A DNA stretch of 64,000 nt from Eledone cirrhosa. Its lineage: Eukaryota. The notes below the pieces were generated by a model. The model was not told the origin of the DNA. It worked only from the letters and a program-made list of their open reading frames with translations, and searched no databases. The stretch spans positions 369,768,001 through 369,832,000 of the forward strand of contig OZ024742.1 in assembly GCA_964016885.1 (NCBI GenBank), written 5' to 3'. The position numbers and the translations under genes are program-made. The first letter of the stretch is position 1. Every line of letters begins with the position of its first letter. Below are positions 56,701 to 64,000 of this stretch, in pieces.

Positions 56701-59700
56701 ATTGTCTAGGTTGACATGGGTTAGACAGATCCAGTCTCACAATAGATAGGTCAAGACATCCACTGTACAACATCTTATTGTCTAGGTTGACATGGGTTAG
56801 ACAGATCGAGTCTCACAATAGATAGGTCAAGACATCCACTGTACAACATCTTATTGTCTAGGTTGACATGGGTTAGACAGATCGAGTCTCACAATAGATA
56901 GGTCAAGACATCCACTGTACAACATCTTATTGTCTAGGTTGACATGGGTTAGACAGATCGAGTCTCACAATAGATAGGTCAAGACATCCACTGTACAACA
57001 TCTTATTGTCTAGGTTGACATGGGTTAGACAGATCCTGTCTCACAATAGACAGGTCAAGACATACTGTACAACATCTTATTGTCTATGTTGAGATGGGTT
57101 AGACAGATCCTGTCTCACAATAGCCAGGTCAAGACATCCACTGTACAACATCTTATTGTCTAGGTTGACATGGGTTAGACAGATCCTGTCTCACAATAGA
57201 CAGGTCAAGACATCCACTGTACAACATCTTATTGTCTAGGTTGACATGGGTTAGACAGATCCATTCTCACAATAGATAGGTCAAGACATCCACTGTACAA
57301 CATCTTATTGTCTAGGTTGGCATGGGTTAGACAGATCCAGTCTCACAATAGATAGGTCAAGACATCCACTATACAACATCTTATTGTCTAGGTTGACATG
57401 GGTTAGACAGATCCTGTCTCACAATAGACAGGTCAAGACATCTACTGTACAACATCTTATTGTCTATGTTGACACGGATAAGACAGTTCCTGTCTCACAA
57501 TACACAGGTCAAGACATCCACTGTACAACATCTTATTGTCTAGGTTGACATGGGTTAGACAGATCCTGTCTCACAATAGACAGGTCAAGACATCCACTGT
57601 ACAACATCTTATTGTCTAAGTTGGCATGGGTTAGACAGATCCTGACTCACAATAGATAGGTCAAGACATCCACTGTACAACATCTTATTGTCTAAGTTGA
57701 CATTGGTTAGACAGACCTTGTCTCACAATAGACAGGTCAAGACATCCACTGTACAACATCTTATTGTCTATGTTGACAAGGGTTAGACAGATCCTGTCTC
57801 ACAATACACATGTCAAGAGATCCACTGTACAACATCTTATTGTCTAGGTTGACATGGGTTAGACTGATCCTGTCTCACAATAGACAGGTCAAGACATCCA
57901 CTGTACAACATCTTATTGTCTATGTTGACATGGGTTAGACAGATCCTGTCGCACAATAGACAGGTCAAGACATCCACTGTACAACATCTTATTGTCTAGG
58001 TTGACATGGGTTAGACAGATCCTGTCTCACAATAGACAGGTCAAGACATCCACTGTACAACATCTTATTGTCTAGCTTGACATGGGTTAGACAGATCCTG
58101 TCTCACAATAGACAGGTCAAGACATCCACTATACAACATCTTATTGTCTATGTTGACATGGGTTAGACAGATCCTGTCTCACAATAGACAGGTCAAGACA
58201 TCCACTGTACAACATCTTATTGTCTATGTTGACACGGGTTAGACAGATCCTGTCTCACAATACACATGTCAAGACATCCACTGTACAACATCTTATTGTC
58301 TAGGTTGACATGGGTTAGACAGATCCTGTCTCACAATAGACAGGTCAAGACATCCACTGTACAACATCTTATTGTCTATGTTGACATGGGTTAGACAGAT
58401 CCTGTCGCACAATAGACAGGTCAAGACCTCCACTGTACAACATCTTATTGTCTAGGTTGACATGGGTTAGACAGATCCTGTCTCACAATAGACAGGTCAA
58501 GACGTCCACTGTACAACATCTTATTGTCTAGCTTGACATGGGTTAGACAGATCCAGTCTCACAATAGATAGGTCAAGACATCCACTGTACAACATCTTAT
58601 TGTCTAGGTTGACATGGGTTAGACAGATCCTGTCTCACAATAGACAGGTCAAGACATCCACTGTACAACATCTTATTGTCTAAGTTGACATGGGTTAGAC
58701 AGATCCTGTCTCACAATAGAGAGGTCAAGACATCCACTGTACAACATCTTATAGTCTAGGTTGACATGGGTTACACAGATCCAGGCTCACAATAGATAGG
58801 TCAAGACATCCACTGTACAACATCTTATTGTCTAAGTTGACATTGGTTAGACAGACCTTGTCTCACGATAGACAGGTCAAGACATCCACTGTACAACATC
58901 TTATTGTCTGGGTTGACATGGGTTAGACAGATCCTGTCTCACAATGGACAGGTCAAGACATCCACTGTACAACATCTTATTGTCTGGGTTGACATGGGTT
59001 AGACAGATCCTGTCTCACAATAGACAGGTCAAGACATCCACTGTACAACATCTTATTGTCTAGGTTGACATGGGTTAGACAGATCCAGTCTCACAATAGA
59101 TAGGTCAAGACATCCACTGTACAACATCTTATTGTCTAGGTTGACATGGGTTAGACAGATCCTGTCTCACAATAGACAGGTCAAGTCATCCAATGTACAA
59201 CATCTTATTGTCTAGGTTGACATGGGTTAGACAGATCCATTCTCACAATAGATAGGTCAAGACATCCACTGTACAACATCTCATTGTCTAGGTTGACATG
59301 GGTTAGACAGATCCAGTCTCACAATAGATAGGGCAAGACATCCACTGTACAACATCTTATTGTCAAGGTTGGCATGGGTTAGACAGATCCTGTCTCACAA
59401 TAGACAGGTCAAGACATCCACTGTACAACATCTTATTGTCTATGTTGACATGGGTTAGAGAGATCCTGTCTCACAATAGACAGGTCAAGACATCCACTGT
59501 ACAACATCTTATTGTCTATGTTGACATGGGTTAGACAGATTCTGTCTCACAATAGAGAGGTCAAGACATCCACTGTACAACATCTTATTGTCTAGGTTGA
59601 CATGGGTTAGACAGATCCAGTCTCACAATAGATAGGTCAAGACATCCACTGTACAACATCTTATTGTCTAGGTTGACATGGGTTAGACAGATCGAGTCTC

Positions 59701-62700
59701 ACAATAGATAGGTCAAGACATCCACTGTACAACATCTTATTGTCTAGGTTGACATGGGTTAGACAGATCGAGTCTCACAATAGATAGGTCAAGACATCCA
59801 CTATACAAAATCTTATTGTCTAGGTTGACATGGGTTAGACAGATCCTGTCTCACAATAGACAGGTCAAGACATACTGTACAACATCTTATTGTCTATGTT
59901 GAGATGGGTTAGACAGATCCTGTCTCACAATAGACAGGTCAAGACATCCACTGTACAACATCTTATTGTCTAGGTTGACATGGGTTAGACAGATCCTGTC
60001 TCACAATAGACAGGTCAAGACATCCACTGTACAACATCTTATTGTCTAGGTTGACATGGGTTAGACAGATCCTGTCTCACAATAGACAGGTCAAAACATC
60101 CACTGTACAACATCTGATTGTCTAGGTTGCCATGGGTTAGACAGATCCATTCTCACAATAGATAGGTCAAGACATCCACTATACAACATCTTATTGTCTA
60201 GGTTGACATGGGTTAGACAGATCCTGTCTCACAATAGACAGGTCAAGACATCCACTGTACAACATCTTATTGTCTATGTTGACATGGGTTAGACAGATCC
60301 TGTCTCACAATAGACAGGTCAAGACATCCACTGTACAACGTCTTATTGTCTATGTTGACCTGGGTTAGACAGATCCTGTCTCACAATAGACAGGTCAAAA
60401 CATCCACTGTACAACATCTGATTGTCTAGGTTGCCATGGGTTAGACAGATCCATTCTCACAATAGATAGGTCAAGACATCCACTGTACAACATCTTATTG
60501 TCTAGGTTGGCATGGGTTAGACAGATCCAGTCTCACAATAGATAGGTCAAGACATCCACTATACAACATCTTATTGTCTAGGTTGACATGGGTTAGACAG
60601 ATCCTGTCTCACAATAGACAGGTCAAGACATCTACTGTACAACATCTTATTGTCTATGTTGACACGGGTTAGACAGATCCTGTCTCACAATACACAGGTC
60701 AAGACATCCACTGTACAACATCTTATTGTCTAGGTTGACATGGGTTAGACAGATCCTGTCTCACAATAGACAGGTCAAGACATCCACTGTACAACATCTT
60801 ATTGTCTAGGTTGACATGGGTTAGACAGATCCTGTCTCACAATACACAGGTCAAGACATCCACTGTACAACATCTTATTGTCTAGGTTGACATGGGTTAG
60901 ACAGATCCTGTCTCACAATAGATAGGTCAAGACATCCACTGTACAACATCTTATTGTCTAGGTTGACATGGGTTAGACAGATCCTGTCTCACAATAGATA
61001 GGTCAAGACATCCACTGTACAACATCTTATTGTCTAGGTTGACATGGGTTAGACAGATCCTGTCTCACAATAGACAGGTGAAGACATCCACTGTACAACA
61101 TCTTATTGTCTAGGTTGACATGGGTTAGACAGATCCTGTCTCACAATAGAGAGGTCAAGACATCCACTGTACAACATCTTATAGTCTAGGTTGACATGGG
61201 TTAGACAGATCCAGGCTCACAATAGATAGGTCAAGACATCCACTGTACATCTTATTGTCTAGGTTGGCATGGGTTAGAGAGATCCTGTCTCACAATAGAC
61301 AGGTCAAGACATCCACTGTACAACATCTTATTGTCTAGGTTGACATGGGTTAGACAGATCCTGTCTCACAATAGACAGGTCAAGACATCCACTGTACAAC
61401 ATCTTATTGTCTAAGTTGGCATGGGTTAGACAGATCCTGACCCACAATAGATAGGTCAAGACATCCACTGTACAACATCTTATTGTCTAAGTTGACATTG
61501 GTTAGACAGACCTTGTCTCACAATAGACAGGTCAAGACATCCACTGTACAACATCTTATTGTCTGGGTTGACATGGGTTAGACAGATCCTGTCTCACAAT
61601 GGACAGGTCAAGACATCCACTGTACAACATCTTATTGTCTGGGTTGACATGGGTTAGACAGATCCTGTCTCACAATAGACAGGTCAAGACATCCACTGTA
61701 CAACATATTATTGTCTAGGTTGACATGGGTTAGACAGATCCAGTCTCACAATAGATAGGTCAAGACATCCACTGTACAACATCTTATTGTCTAGGTTGAC
61801 ATGGTTTAGACAGATCCTGTCTCACAATAGACAGGTCAAGACATCCACTGTACAACATCTTATTGTCTAGGTTGACATGGGTTAGACAGAATCCATTCTC
61901 ACAATAGATAGGTCAAGACATCCACTGTACAACATCTCATTGTCTAGGTTGACATGGGTTAGACAGATCCAGTCTCACAATAGATAGGTCAAGACATCCA
62001 CTGTACAACATCTTATTGTCTAGGTTGGCATGGGTTAGACAGATCCAGTCTCACAATAGATAGGTCAAGACATCCACTATACAACATCTTATTGTCTAGG
62101 TTGACATGGGTTAGACAGATCCTGTCTCACAATAGACAGGTCAAGACATTCACTGTACAACATCTTATTGTCTATGTTGACATGGGTTAGACAGATCCTG
62201 TCTCACAATAGACAGGTCAAGACATCCACTGTACAACATCTTATTGCCTAGGTTGACATGGGTTAGACAGATCCTGTCTCACAATAGACAGGTCAAGACA
62301 TCCAACATCTTAGTGTCTAGGTTGACATGGGTTAGACAGATCCTCTCTCACAATAGACAGGTCAAGACATCCACTGTACAACATCTTATTGTCTAGGTTG
62401 ACATGGGTTAGACAGATCCAGTCTCACAATAGATAGGTCAAGACATCCACTGTACAACATCTAATTGTCTAGGTTGACATGGGTTAGACAAATCCTGTCT
62501 CACAATAGACAGGTCAAGTTATCCACTGTACAACATCTTATTGTCTAGGTTGACATGGGTTAGACAGATCCAGTCTCACAATAGATAGGTCAAGACATCC
62601 ACTGTACAACATCTTATTGTCTAGGTTGACATGGGTTAGACAGATCCAGTCTCACAATAGATAGGTCAAGACATCCACTGTACAACATCTAATTGTCTAG

Positions 62701-64000
62701 GTTGACATGGGGTAGACAGATCCTGTCTCACAATAGACAGGTCAAGTTATCCACTGTACAACATCTTATTGTCTAGGTTGACATGGGTTAGACAGATCCA
62801 GTCTCACAATAGATAGGTCAAGACATCCACTGTCCAACATCTTATTGTCTAGGTTGACATGGGTTAGACAGATCCATTCTCACAATAGATAGGTCAAAAC
62901 ATCCACTGTACAACATCTTATTGTCTGGGTTGACATGGGTTAGACAGATCCTGTCTCACAATGGACAGGTCAAGACATCCACTGTACAACATCTTATTGT
63001 CTGGGTTGACATGGGTTAGACAGATCCTGTCTCACAATAGACAGGTCAAGACATCCACTGTACAACATCTTATTGTCTAGGTTGACATGGGTTAGACAGA
63101 TCCAGTCTCACAATAGATAGGTCAAGACATCCACTGTACAACATCTTATTGTCTAGGTTGACATGGGTTAGACAGATCCTGTCTCACAATAGACAGGTCA
63201 AGTCATCCAATGTACAACATCTTATTGTCTAGGTTGACATGTGTTAGACAGATCCATTCTCACAATAGATAGGTCAAGACATCCACTGTACAACATCTCA
63301 TTGTCTAGGTTGACATGGGTTAGACAGATCCAGTCTCATAATAGATAGGTCAAGACATCCACTGTACAACATCTTATTGTCTAGGTTGGCATGGGTTAGA
63401 CAGATCCTGTCTCACAATAGACAGGTCAAGACATCCACTGTACAACATCTTATTGTCTATGTTGACATGGGTTAGAGAGATCCTGTCTCACAATAGACAG
63501 GTCAAGGCATCCACTGTACAACATCTTATTGTCTATGTTGACATGGGTTAGACAGATTCTGTCTCACAATAGAGAGGTCAAGACATCCACTGTACAACAT
63601 CTTATTGTCTAGGTTGACATGGGTTAGACAGATCCAGTCTCACAATAGATAGGTCAAGACATCCACTGTACAACATCTTATTGTCTAGGTTGACATGGGT
63701 TAGACAGATCGAGTCTCACAATAGATAGGTCAAGACATCCACTGTACAACATCTTATTGTCTAGGTTGACATGGGTTAGACAGATCGAGTCTCACAATAG
63801 ATAGGTCAAGACATCCACTATACAAAATCTTATTGTCTAGGTTGACATGGGTTAGACAGATCCTGTCTCACAATAGACAGGTCAAGACATACTGTACAAC
63901 ATCTTATTGTCTATGTTGAGATGGGTTAGACAGATCCTGTCTCACAATAGCCAGGTCAAGACATCCACTGTACAACATCTTATTGTCTAGGTTGACATGG

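Larger units (their letters stand above)
1..64000. repeat. 76-bp satellite DNA tandem array (~840 monomers, single orientation)
   Basis: Positions 1-76 recur at 77, 153 and onward. The 60-nt line pattern realigns at 1141 and 2281 (1140 = 15 x 76), confirming the period. Every part of the window matches the consensus with only a few substitutions or 1-10 bp indels per unit. Confidence 0.99.
27661..64000. repeat. Satellite domain B: more diverged monomers, A49 nearly fixed
   Basis: AGACTGATCC drops to roughly 8 units (e.g. ~36251, 36326, 44584, 50804, 52931, 53692, 53768, 57862). CCAGTCTC, TAGATAGG, CTATGTTG, TTGGCATG, CTATACAA and 2-10 bp deletions become frequent. Confidence 0.85.
44300..64000. 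repeat. Long-range duplication: ~44.3-50.1 kb recurs at ~57.6-64 kb
   Basis: GACGTCC is at 45223 and 58501, and GGGCAAG is at 46053 and 59331 (both offsets 13278). The AGAATCCATT insertion is at ~47931 and ~61891, and the 7-bp deletion CATCCAACATCTTAGTG is at ~48414 and ~62299 (offsets ~13.9-14.0 kb). Confidence 0.88.

Noticed and set aside
1-64000. CRISPR array
   Set aside because: The whole 76-bp unit repeats. There are no unique spacers, leader or cas genes, even though the unit contains a palindromic segment.
1-64000. Repeat-encoded protein or long ORF
   Set aside because: 76 is not a multiple of 3, so frames rotate into stops. On the plus strand (TAG at 29, 44, 65; TGA at 34) the longest open stretch is about 48 codons without ATG, and the only ATG reads ATG GGT TAG. 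The minus strand has stops in all three frames within each monomer.
1-64000. Embedded transposon, inversion or unique-sequence island
   Set aside because: I saw no non-satellite stretch or reverse-oriented monomer on reading through. The largest interruptions are 10-bp deletions.

Overview
The whole 64-kb window is one uninterrupted head-to-tail tandem array (satellite DNA) of a 76-bp monomer, about 840 copies, all in the same orientation and running off both ends. Consensus (positions 1-76): GACATCCACTGTACAACATCTTATTGTCTAGGTTGACATGGGTTAGAC(A/T)GATCCTGTCTCACAATAGACAGGTCAA, about 42% GC, with no CpG. I see no protein-coding gene, RNA gene, CRISPR spacers, transposon insertion or inversion. I cannot assign the satellite to a named family or organism; its size and structure suggest eukaryotic heterochromatic or (peri)centromeric satellite (inference). 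The information lies in the variants. There are two monomer-subfamily domains with a transition near 27.7 kb, and many nested multi-monomer duplications (3-, 5-, 11-, 17-, 28-, 37-mers and a ~13.3-14 kb long-range copy) traceable through shared rare SNPs and indels. The monomer is built from repeated AGACA/TGTCT pentamers that can form adjacent hairpins. The sequence alone does not support a new biological system; the functional ideas below are labelled as hypotheses. Variants were read by eye, so block boundaries are approximate.
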